Below, one piece after another: positions 1 through 8,497 of a stretch of 64,000 nucleotides of DNA. Every line of letters starts with the position of its first letter. The stretch's first letter is position 1. The position numbers and the translations under genes were made by a program. Source of the stretch: Verrucomicrobiota bacterium (lineage in GTDB: Bacteria; Verrucomicrobiota; Verrucomicrobiia; Limisphaerales; AAA164-E04). The notes below the pieces were generated by a model. The model had not been told where the DNA came from, did not search any database, and saw only the letters and a program-made list of their open reading frames with translations. The DNA lies in the NCBI GenBank assembly GCA_047947115.1, contig CP170459.1, forward strand, positions 288,001-352,000, given 5' to 3'.

Positions 1-527
1 CGTGCATCTGCCGATGGAAGCGGCTGTCTGTCCATTGACTCCAATTTGGCCAAAACAAAATGATCCAACGCTCCCAGCGGCCACTCGCTCCTTTCAACTT
101 GCGGGAGAGCCCGTCGGCGCGGTGGAATGAAGGACCAGTGGCGATCCCAGCCGGCACCCGACCGGACCCACTCGGAGAGTCGCTCCTTCTGTTGGTCAGT
201 CAAGGCATGCCCGGCCTCCGGGGGTGGCATCACAAGATCGGGATCGGATGTCAACACACGCTGGATCAACAATGAGGCCCCCGGATCACCAGGGACCAAA
301 ACAGCCCCCTCATTGCCAGGAAGCGTGAGGCCATCCGGCATATCCAGGCGCAAATCCGCTTTGCGTTTGCTCTGATCCGGCCCGTGACAAGGAAAACAGT
401 GGTCCGCCAACACAGGGCGAACGTCTCTGTTGAACTCAATCGACTGTCCATGCACTGACAAAGCCTCGCCCAAAACAAGTGCAAGGATCGAACTCAGTAA
501 AACACCGCTATGGATCTCAAACTTCAT
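1..527 (-). CDS. Planctomycete cytochrome c / PSD1 (DUF1549/DUF1553)-type secreted protein, 5' part only (runs off window)
   Basis: Hand translation from ATG 527: MKFEIHSGVLLSSILALVLGEALSVHGQSIEFNRDVRPVLADHCFPCHGPDQSKRKADLRLD...PGDPGASLLIQRV...MPP...HWSF. Signal peptide, CxxCH heme motif and the family FNRDVRP..L...C..CHG signature. Absent from the ORF track because it has no stop in the window. Confidence 0.85.
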   Translation of the reverse strand, partial: MKFEIHSGVLLSSILALVLGEALSVHGQSIEFNRDVRPVLADHCFPCHGPDQSKRKADLRLDMPDGLTLPGNEGAVLVPGDPGASLLIQRVLTSDPDLVMPPPEAGHALTDQQKERLSEWVRSGAGWDRHWSFIPPRRRALPQVERSEWPLGALDHFVLAKLESMDRQPLPSADA

Positions 528-736
528 CACAGAGGAGTATCAATGACCAGACTAGCATATTCATCCACCATGACCAGCCCTTATTCTTGGCAGAAACATT
601 AAGCAACTAAGAAGAATGATACATTTTTTCTGGACTTAAATTTCATGTATAGACAAGATGCTTACCACAAGCGCTTTTGAAAATAATTTATCACAATACA
701 AATGAAGCCTGGATTCATTTTCCCATAAGAAACCAG

Positions 737-761
737 AAGTGAATATGGGGAGTATTCACTT
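737..761. promoter_or_regulatory. Perfect 9-7-9 inverted repeat between divergent genes, candidate operator
   Basis: AAGTGAATA-tggggag-TATTCACTT. Confidence 0.35.
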
Positions 762-851
762 TGAGAATGTGCTCGTCATCACCTGGACCAAAACGTTAAT
801 TGGCATACGACATCCCGATCGCATGCATGTTCTCAATTATCATTGCACCTT

Positions 852-1423
852 ATGCTGAACAAAAACCGTATGACGACTCAAATCGCGGCCGCTGTCATCG
901 CAATCGGACATCTGGCATGCCAAGCGCATGCCGCCGTCACCTTTTTCAACGACCGCACGACGTTTATTTCGACCGTGAATCCGACTTCTTACACTGACTT
1001 TTCAGGAGCGGGAGCGGATGTTAACATTGATCGTCGGGTGTCAACCGACGTTGGACTTTTCAATGTCTTTTACTCAACGGCGGGCAGTGTCAACCAAACA
1101 CTGAATACCCTGCAACCAACCAGCTCTCGTCTGCGTTTGACCGTGGATGACAACACACCTCCCACCCTCCAGACCACGGAGATGACATTTCAATTCTCAA
1201 CACCCGTCACAGCTTTCGGGTTTTCAATCCGACACTCCCATCAGCAGCATTTCCATGGTAAATATGCCCTCACCACGGAAGGGGATTTGGTTTACTTTAC
1301 CGAAGCATTCGTCGCGGTTCCGGAGCCATCCTCAACCCTGACTTTGTCGTGGCATGCTTGTTGGGAGGTGTGTTTTCTTCCAAAGGAAGACGACCAAAGA
1401 CGCCCCGCCAGAGCAAAAATTGA
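852..1423 (+). pseudogene. PEP-CTERM sorting-domain protein, frameshifted in the TM anchor
   Basis: Signal peptide ending AHAA, then VPEPSSTL. Adding one T to the TTT run at 1343-1345 gives VPEPSSTLTFVVACLLGGVFSSKGRRPKTPRQSKN* (stop 1421-1423), a canonical TM + basic tail. Confidence 0.75.
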
Positions 1424-1459
1424 AGCCTTAATTCTGGTAGAAAGCCAGGGAATCCAATC

Positions 1460-1861
1460 TTGAAATCAACAATAGAGGGTCACTCCGAGGCTCACCCAAC
1501 GGAATCTGTTTGCGTGAAATGCGGCCTCTGCTGCAGTGGCGCAATCTTTGAGGATGTGGAACTGCAAAATGAAGAGGAAGCCAACAGCATGGAAGTCATG
1601 GGATTGGAAATCGAGGAAGAAGACAGGTCATTCCTTCTCATCCAACCCTGCAATGCCCTATCGGGCGTCCGGTGCAAAGTGTATCCATACCGCCCCCAAT
1701 GCTGCCGCACATTCGAATGTTATTTGTTGAAAAACCTTCAATCCGGTCGCATGACAAGCAAGCAAGCACTGAAGATCATTCATGAAATCCGCTTTCAACT
1801 TGCGGAAAACAACCGGGATCTGGCCCAAAAGCTCATCCAGAAGCATCTGTTAAAGTGGTAA
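1460..1861 (+). CDS. YkgJ-family CxxCxxCC cysteine-cluster protein
   Basis: CVKCGLCC...PCNAL...CKVYPYRPQCCRTFEC motif pattern. Confidence 0.85.
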   Translation: MKSTIEGHSEAHPTESVCVKCGLCCSGAIFEDVELQNEEEANSMEVMGLEIEEEDRSFLLIQPCNALSGVRCKVYPYRPQCCRTFECYLLKNLQSGRMTSKQALKIIHEIRFQLAENNRDLAQKLIQKHLLKW

Positions 1862-2749
1862 GACATCCCGCAGAAAGTCCGTCATCGACACAAATCGATC
1901 CACATAGGGTGAAGTAGATCGCCATACCAAACCAATCTCGCGGGATTGCTTGGGAACAACAGGAATTACACAGACGTTCATTCCAGCCGTAAAATGTGCC
2001 TGAATCGCAATTTCCGGCAGTAGAGTTACCCCCAGTCCGGCGGACACCATTTGCACCAAGGTATGCAGACTGGTTGCTTCGAACTCCGATCGAATGGCAC
2101 TCTTTTCCAACCGGCATGCCTCAAGGACGTGATCGCGCAGGCAGTGGCCTTCTTCGAGCAACATCAGGGAGGTATCTGCCAAATCAATCGAATGGATTCG
2201 CTTCCGTTTCGCCAAGGGGTGATCCGGGTGACATACGAAATGATAAGGATCATCCATCAAGCTTTCCACGCACAACTCCTCAGTCTCAAAAGGCAGAGCC
2301 AAAAGAGCCAAATCAATTTTGCCGGACCTTAATTTTGACAACAGATCCAGTGTTTTCTCCTCTCGCAAGTAGAGTTTCATGTCCGGAAACTTATCGCGAA
2401 GAGCAGGAAGAATGCGTGGAAGCAAAAAAGGACCGACTGAGGGAATGACTCCCAGGTGCATCTCCACCTTGGAAGCTTCGAGCTGGCCTTGTGCATAGGA
2501 CATAATATCTTCGGCATCACGCAACAAAAACCTGGCGCGCCGGGCAATTTCTGCCCCCTAAGGTGTCATCAGAACCATCCGTTTGGTGCGTTCAGCCAAA
2601 CTCACTCCAAGAAATGCTTCCAATTCACGAATCCCGGCACTCAGGGTCGATGGAGTCACATGACACTGCCTGGATGCATTCCCAAAGTGTTTGGTATCAT
2701 CCAAAGACACAAGGTATTCCAACTGCTTCAAACTCGGGACTTGTTTCAT
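1850..2749 (-). pseudogene. oxyR: OxyR-like LysR regulator interrupted by an in-frame TAG at 2558-2560
   Basis: HTH (PSLKQLEYLV...HFGNAS..CHVTPSTLSAGIRELE) continues in the same frame past TAG into GAEIARRARFLLRDAED. The C-domain has LLEEGHCLRDHVLEAC (OxyR redox Cys pair) and ATSLHTLVQMV. Divergent from dps. Confidence 0.85.
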
Positions 2750-2769
2750 ATCGATCGACGAAATGGAGT

Positions 2770-2790
2770 TTATTCGGTTTTTGCGAATAA
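2770..2790. promoter_or_regulatory. LysR-type T-N11-A dyad, probable OxyR site between oxyR and dps
   Basis: TTATTCG-gtttttg-CGAATAA, a perfect 7-7-7 inverted repeat 21 bp upstream of the oxyR start. Confidence 0.6.
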
Positions 2791-2882
2791 TATGACAAAA
2801 TTTGATCGGTTTACAACATTACACTATCAGGGCATAATTATGCCCAGAAGAAAGCACTTACCTTAGACAAGGAAGAGAAAAA

Positions 2883-3356
2883 ATGAATCAACCTATCCAA
2901 ATCGGCATCGAAGAAAAGAGCAGACTGGCCATCATCGAAGGATTGTCCAGATTGCTCGCGGACACTTATACCTTGTATTTGAAGACACAAAATTTCCATT
3001 GGAACGTGACGGGCCCCATGTTTAACACGCTGCATCAAATGTTCGAAGTGCAATACACCGAACTGGCCACCGCCAACGATGAACTGGCAGAACGCATACG
3101 GGCCCTCGGCGGTCAAGCACCCGGATCATTGAAGCAGTTCTCAACTCTGACCAGTATCGAGGAAGAAACAGGCGTACCTGCCGCTGAGGAAATGATCGCC
3201 CAACTTCTCAACGCCCAGGAAACCGTTGTTCGCACCGCGCGCCAGGTCTTCCCATCCGCCGCGGAAGCAGGAGACGAGGCCACCGCCGATTTGTTGACAC
3301 AACGCATCCAGATCCATGAAAAAACAGCCTGGATGCTGAGAGCCATGATCAGTTGA
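2883..3356 (+). CDS. dps: Dps DNA starvation/stationary-phase protection protein
   Basis: [26 protein letters not shown]...[19 protein letters not shown]. Confidence 0.97.
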   Translation: MNQPIQIGIEEKSRLAIIEGLSRLLADTYTLYLKTQNFHWNVTGPMFNTLHQMFEVQYTELATANDELAERIRALGGQAPGSLKQFSTLTSIEEETGVPAAEEMIAQLLNAQETVVRTARQVFPSAAEAGDEATADLLTQRIQIHEKTAWMLRAMIS

Positions 3357-3392
3357 TCGTCGAGGATATTTCTGTCAATTTTCAACCATCAT

Positions 3393-4436
3393 ATGCATAT
3401 GACAAAACAACATCACCAAAAATCAAAAGAACACATCCCAACGCTGATGGCCATGATCGTGGCAATCGCGGGAATAATCGGAACTGCTGATCAAGCAAAA
3501 GCTGAGTCAAAAGCAGAACTACGCACCCTGGCAAAAGAACTGTTCGGAACACTACCAGACAGCATGCCGGGAAGTGAATCGGACACCAGCGAATTGGTGG
3601 AACTGGGCGAAACGCTTTACTTTGAGAAAAAGCTGTCCAAAAACGAAACCCAATCCTGCAACTCCTGTCACCGGGTGGACAAAGGCTTGGGAGGCGTGGA
3701 CAACCTGCACTTTTCACCGGGAGCCTTTGGCAAGACCGGCGACCGCAATGCCCCCACGGTCTTGAACGCCCGATTCCACATCGCACAGTTCTGGGACGGC
3801 CGGGCGGCCGACCTGACCGAACAGGCCAAGGGCCCCATTCTGAACCCCATTGAAATGGCCATGCCCGACGAAGCAACGGTGCTGGAACGCCTGAACGCGA
3901 GTCGGAAATACCGTCGCCTGTTTGAGAAGGCCTATCCCGACACGGAGAACCCTATCACTTACGGGAACCTGGCCAAAGCCATTGCCGCCTTTGAACGCAC
4001 CTTGATCACACACGATCGTTTCGATGATTTCCTGAACGGAGACGACCAGGCGTTGACCGAACTGGAACTGAAAGGACTGGAACAATTCACCGCCATCGGC
4101 TGCACCACCTGCCACACAGGACCACTATTGGGAGGTCAGATGTATCAAAAGGTAGGATTGGTGAATCCTTACGAAAACTTCAGTGACGTCGGATTGGAAA
4201 AGGTAACAGGCAATGAAGATGATCGTTTCAAATTCAAGGTCCCCAGCCTGCGCAACATCGCCATCACAGGCCCCTATTTCCACGATGGCGGAGTGGCTTC
4301 CCTGGAATTTGCCGTCCGCAAGATGGCTTGGATGCAACTCGGTCAGCAACTGGACAACGATACCACCCACGCAATCGTCGCATTCCTGAATGCATTGACC
4401 GACAAGGAACGGGCAGCGCGTGCTTACAAAGACTGA
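3393..4436 (+). CDS. ccp: Di-heme cytochrome c peroxidase (CcpA/MauG family)
   Basis: Signal peptide; CNSCH and CTTCH; RNAPTVLNA, QFWDGRA, FKVPSLRNI..TGPYFHDG. Confidence 0.95.
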   Translation: MHMTKQHHQKSKEHIPTLMAMIVAIAGIIGTADQAKAESKAELRTLAKELFGTLPDSMPGSESDTSELVELGETLYFEKKLSKNETQSCNSCHRVDKGLGGVDNLHFSPGAFGKTGDRNAPTVLNARFHIAQFWDGRAADLTEQAKGPILNPIEMAMPDEATVLERLNASRKYRRLFEKAYPDTENPITYGNLAKAIAAFERTLITHDRFDDFLNGDDQALTELELKGLEQFTAIGCTTCHTGPLLGGQMYQKVGLVNPYENFSDVGLEKVTGNEDDRFKFKVPSLRNIAITGPYFHDGGVASLEFAVRKMAWMQLGQQLDNDTTHAIVAFLNALTDKERAARAYKD

Positions 4437-4458
4437 TCTCATTTTTGAGTGAAACAAG

Positions 4459-4492
4459 CGGACACACCCTCCCGGGTGTGTCCGTTTTTTTT
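4459..4492 (+). terminator. Rho-independent terminator after ccp
   Basis: CGGACACACCC-tccc-GGGTGTGTCCG followed by T8. Confidence 0.9.
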
Positions 4493-4636
4493 CATGGACC
4501 AGGAGGCGATTCACGGATCCCTGGCTTAGTTCAATCATTGACTCGCGAAGAAGCGCTTGTTAATCCATAACCGGTCGGCGAACAGATCTCCTGAAGGAGA
4601 AACTGCCCGTGGCTCAAACAACCCGACATTCCTTGC

Positions 4637-5377
4637 ATGAAAAAGAAAACGACACGTTCCACCAATAAACCCAAATACTCACGCGTCCTCGTCAAAATGA
4701 GCGGCGAAGTCCTCGGCGGTGAACAAGGTTACGGCATCTGCCCTGAAGCCGTCCATGGTTTGGCCGACCAGATTGTTGCCGTGCACAAGCTGGGTGTCGA
4801 TGTAGCCGTCGTCATTGGTGGTGGCAATATTTTTAGAGGCCTGCAAGGCAGCCAAAAAGGTATTGAACGGGTCACCGGAGATTACATGGGCATGCTGGCC
4901 ACGGTCATCAACTCACTGGCCATGCAGGATGCCATGGAGAAAAAAGGAGTCGATACACGTGTCCAAACCGCCATTTCCACCGAAGCGGTCGCCGAACCCT
5001 TCATTCGCCGCAAAGCCATGCGCCACATGGAATTGGGACGCATTGTCATTTTCGGTGGCGGCACCGGAAACCCTTACTTTTCAACGGATACCGCCGCAGC
5101 CCTGCGAGCCAACGAAGTCGGCGCCGAGGTCATCCTTAAAGCCACGAAAGTGGACGGCATCTACGACAAGGATCCCATGAAATACAAGGATGCCAAAAGA
5201 TACGACCGCATCCAATATCAGGAAGCTCTTGCAAAACGCCTGAGAGTCATGGATTCCACCGCCTTTTCCTTGTGTATGGACAATGAAATGCCCATTATCG
5301 TGTTCGACATCTTCAAAAAGAACAACCTGAGGAAGGTCGTTCTCGGTCAAAAGGTCGGGACGTTGGTTGCTTCCTGA
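4637..5377 (+). CDS. pyrH: UMP kinase
   Basis: [42 protein letters not shown]; adjacent to frr. Confidence 0.98.
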   Translation: MKKKTTRSTNKPKYSRVLVKMSGEVLGGEQGYGICPEAVHGLADQIVAVHKLGVDVAVVIGGGNIFRGLQGSQKGIERVTGDYMGMLATVINSLAMQDAMEKKGVDTRVQTAISTEAVAEPFIRRKAMRHMELGRIVIFGGGTGNPYFSTDTAAALRANEVGAEVILKATKVDGIYDKDPMKYKDAKRYDRIQYQEALAKRLRVMDSTAFSLCMDNEMPIIVFDIFKKNNLRKVVLGQKVGTLVAS

Positions 5378-5426
5378 AATAAACCTTGAGAGAAGAGTCT
5401 GAAAACCGACAAATTGGAATACCATT

Positions 5427-5987
5427 ATGCCATTAGACGATATTTTGTTAAATGCTGAGGAAAAGATGCAGAAGACCGAAGAGGTGATCGTGCGCGAATT
5501 CGCAGGTGTGCGCACGGGCAAGGCTTCTCCGGGACTGGTGGAAAACGTTCTGGTGGACGTTTACGGATCACAAATGCGCATGCGTGAAGTCGCCGGCATC
5601 ACCACCCCCGAGTCACGCACCCTGGTCATCCAACCTTGGGACGCCTCCACAGTCGGCCCGATTGAAAAAGCCATCTTGAAAGCCAACCTCGGACTCAATC
5701 CATACGTCGATGGAAAAATCCTCCGCATCAACCTTCCCGAACTCAGCGAAGAACGACGCATCGAGTTCACCAAGGTGGTTAAGAAGATGACCGAGGACGG
5801 ACGGGTTGCGGTGCGCCACGTGCGTCGCGAAGCCATTGACCACCTGAAAAAAGAATGCAAAGCGGGTGCCATCACCGAGGACGAAGAATCACACGGTGAA
5901 AAAGAAGTCCAGAAGCTAACCGACAAATACATTGCCAAACTCGACGCCCACCTCGCCCACAAGGAAAAAGAAATCATGACGGTTTGA
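5427..5987 (+). CDS. frr: Ribosome recycling factor
   Basis: RTGKASP..., IQPWD, LGLNP..DG..LRI.LPELSEERR, RVAVRHVRR. Confidence 0.98.
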   Translation: MPLDDILLNAEEKMQKTEEVIVREFAGVRTGKASPGLVENVLVDVYGSQMRMREVAGITTPESRTLVIQPWDASTVGPIEKAILKANLGLNPYVDGKILRINLPELSEERRIEFTKVVKKMTEDGRVAVRHVRREAIDHLKKECKAGAITEDEESHGEKEVQKLTDKYIAKLDAHLAHKEKEIMTV

Positions 5988-6002
5988 TGAGGCAAACGTT
6001 TT

Positions 6003-6190
6003 GCCTGTTCAGATAGCCTCAGGGCTTTGACTTGAACCAACGGGATCCACGTACCCCAAAGGGGTTACGCGAAGCCCCCCAGGGCATCGCCCTGAGTTAT
6101 ATGCCGCGCACGGAACGAGCCCCGAAGAGGCGGCCTGTCCGCACTCTGTCTAAGGCAACCAACATTTTATCCGTGAACGATCCGCATAGG
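6003..6190 (-). ncRNA. Candidate structured ncRNA (closing stem plus two long arms)
   Basis: On the minus strand: GCCT/AGGC and GTTCAcgGATA/TATCTGAAC closing stem; arm 1 TGCGGA/TCCGTG capped by C-UUCG-G; arm 2 CTCAGGGC/GCCCTGAG enclosing GCGTAACCCC-ttt-GGGGTACGT. The G-U wobbles work only on minus. Confidence 0.5.
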
Positions 6191-6224
6191 CAGTCTCCCA
6201 CTAAGCCTCCCCCCCAGTTTACAA

Positions 6225-8183
6225 ATGCTCACACTCAGCAGTCTCAGTAAATCATTTGGTGAAAAAACGTTGTTTGACAACGTCAGTCTTCAGATCAACG
6301 AAGGAGATCGTATTGCCATCGTAGGACCCAATGGCGCGGGCAAAACAACCTTATTCTCGGTGCTGATGGGGACTTTGGAACCGGATCAGGGTCAAGTGCA
6401 GATGCAGAAGAACCGCACAATCGGCTACCTGCCCCAAGAAACAGCCGATGTACCGGACGAGTCTGTGCTGGAATTGGCGGTCAATATCCACCCGGAAATC
6501 CCCGCTCTGCGTCGCATGCTGTCCGCCGACTATGAAGGAGCCAACGAGGAACCTCCGCAGGATTCAGGTTCAGCCTATGCACGCTACGAAGAGCTCGGCG
6601 GGCACCTGCTTGAAGTCAAGGCCAAGAAAATTCTCAAAGGGCTTGGATTCAAGGAATCGGATTTTGATCGGTCACTGCAGACCCTCAGCGGCGGCTGGAT
6701 CATGCGAACCCATCTGGCCCGCCTGCTGGTCATGGAACCGGATCTGCTGATGCTGGACGAACCCACCAACCATCTGGACCTGCACTCGGTCCTGTGGTTC
6801 CAGCAATACCTGATGAACTATCCGGGAGCCATGCTGTTCATTTCCCACGACCGCGAGTTCCTGAATCGATTGGCCCAATGGACGGTCGAACTGCGAGGAG
6901 GTCACCTGACCCGATTTCGTGGCAATTACGACGATTATGTAAGATTAAAAGAAGAAGCCCTGGAACAACAACGATCCGCCTACAGAAACCAACAGCGCGA
7001 AATCGAAAAACTGGAGAGCTTCGTCAATCGATTCCGAGCCAAAGCCACCAAAGCCTCCCAGGCACAAAGCAAACTCAAGCAACTGGAAAAGATGGACCGG
7101 CTTGATGCTCCCGAGGAGGAGAAGAGCCATTTCAAATTCCAGTTCCCCCAACCCAAACGCAGCGGTCAACGGGTCATCCGCTTGGAAGACATTCACCACA
7201 GCTACGGAGATCTCACGGTTTACCAAGGGGTGGAATTTTCGGCGGATCGTGGTCAGCGCACCGTGCTGGTCGGCCCGAACGGAGCTGGCAAATCTACCCT
7301 GTTGAAGCTCCTGGCAAATGTGTTGCCCGTCCAAAAAGGCATCCGTGAACTCGGTCACGAAGTGGAAGTCGGTTACTTTTCTCAGCAACGTATCGAAGTC
7401 CTGCAACCGGAACGAACCTTGGTGGAGGAAGCATTGGACACCAAACAAGCCATCACGGAACAACACGCACGCACCGTGTTGGGCTCCTTTCTCTTTCGAG
7501 GTGATGATGTATTCAAAAAAGTCAAGGTGCTCAGCGGAGGGGAAAAATCCCGTTTGGCCCTGATCAAGCTCCTCCTCAATCCCCCCAACCTCCTGCTGAT
7601 GGACGAACCAACCACACACCTGGACATGGCGGGAATCGAGGCTCTGATCAATGCGCTCAGGCAATTCACCGGCACCCTGATCTTCATCAGCCATGACGTC
7701 CACTTTATCCGATCCATCGCCGAACATGTGGTCCACGTGGAACACGGTGCGCTACGCCATTATCACGGCAAGTACGACTACTATCTGAGTAAACGCGCCG
7801 AGGAAGAAGCCCGATTGAATGCGGCGGCCAACGATGGGGCAAGCACCGGTTCAGGATCAAGCACCGGCAACAACGCTGCTTCAGCGGGCAAAACCATTTC
7901 GTCCAAAGAACGCCGTCGTATAGAAGCCGAGGAGCGCAACCGGCGTTCCGCGCTCATCCGCAAACACCAGGCCAAGGTGGACGAGATTGAAAAGGAAATC
8001 GCCGGATTGGAGGAACGTCAAAACCTCCTCACCGAAGAACTTGAAAAACCTGAAACCTACCAAAACGGCCCCCGCATCGTGGAAATCAACCAGGAACTGA
8101 AACTGATTTCCGACACACTGGAGTCACACTGGAAAGAATGGGAAACAGCCCAGGAAGCCCTGGAAACCAGCAAAAACGCCTGA
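6225..8183 (+). CDS. ABC-F family ATP-binding protein (ribosome-associated, Uup/YheS-like)
   Basis: Two ABC domains (GPNGAGKT, LSGG, LDEPTNHLD; GPNGAGKS, LSGGEK, DEPTTHLD), no TM segments, C-terminal coiled coil. Confidence 0.95.
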   Translation: MLTLSSLSKSFGEKTLFDNVSLQINEGDRIAIVGPNGAGKTTLFSVLMGTLEPDQGQVQMQKNRTIGYLPQETADVPDESVLELAVNIHPEIPALRRMLSADYEGANEEPPQDSGSAYARYEELGGHLLEVKAKKILKGLGFKESDFDRSLQTLSGGWIMRTHLARLLVMEPDLLMLDEPTNHLDLHSVLWFQQYLMNYPGAMLFISHDREFLNRLAQWTVELRGGHLTRFRGNYDDYVRLKEEALEQQRSAYRNQQREIEKLESFVNRFRAKATKASQAQSKLKQLEKMDRLDAPEEEKSHFKFQFPQPKRSGQRVIRLEDIHHSYGDLTVYQGVEFSADRGQRTVLVGPNGAGKSTLLKLLANVLPVQKGIRELGHEVEVGYFSQQRIEVLQPERTLVEEALDTKQAITEQHARTVLGSFLFRGDDVFKKVKVLSGGEKSRLALIKLLLNPPNLLLMDEPTTHLDMAGIEALINALRQFTGTLIFISHDVHFIRSIAEHVVHVEHGALRHYHGKYDYYLSKRAEEEARLNAAANDGASTGSGSSTGNNAASAGKTISSKERRRIEAEERNRRSALIRKHQAKVDEIEKEIAGLEERQNLLTEELEKPETYQNGPRIVEINQELKLISDTLESHWKEWETAQEALETSKNA

Positions 8184-8497
8184 GAGCACCCTGACGCTAG
8201 TGCGTGGTGCGCTTTTAAATGGTGAATAGTGAATTAAAAGTAAGAACATAGGTAACACTTTAGGTAGAGCGTGGCGTCCCGGCGCGCACCCCTTGTGGCA
8301 TCCATGCCCTGCATCTCCTCCACCAAAGGAAACCCCCTGCACATGCAAGATCCACAACACACACATCCCCTGCGAATCTATAACCAACCATTTTGATCCA
8401 TATTACCCTTGTTTGCATTTGATGCCCTTGATCAAAAAAAATTGGCAATAGAAGGCAATCAAGCGATTGTATTCAGAACACCACACCCGAAACAGCC

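Noticed and set aside
678..693. Fur box (TGAAAATAATTTATCA)
   Set aside because: The spacing does not fit 7-1-7, and the AT-rich background makes a chance match likely.
2558..2560. Pyrrolysine or genome-wide TAG recoding
   Set aside because: No pyl genes in the window, and TAG is a normal stop for several conserved genes here.
6043..6053. raiA-motif RNA (GATCCACGTA match)
   Set aside because: Only a 10-nt match from memory; other conserved segments were not seen and the strand evidence favours minus.
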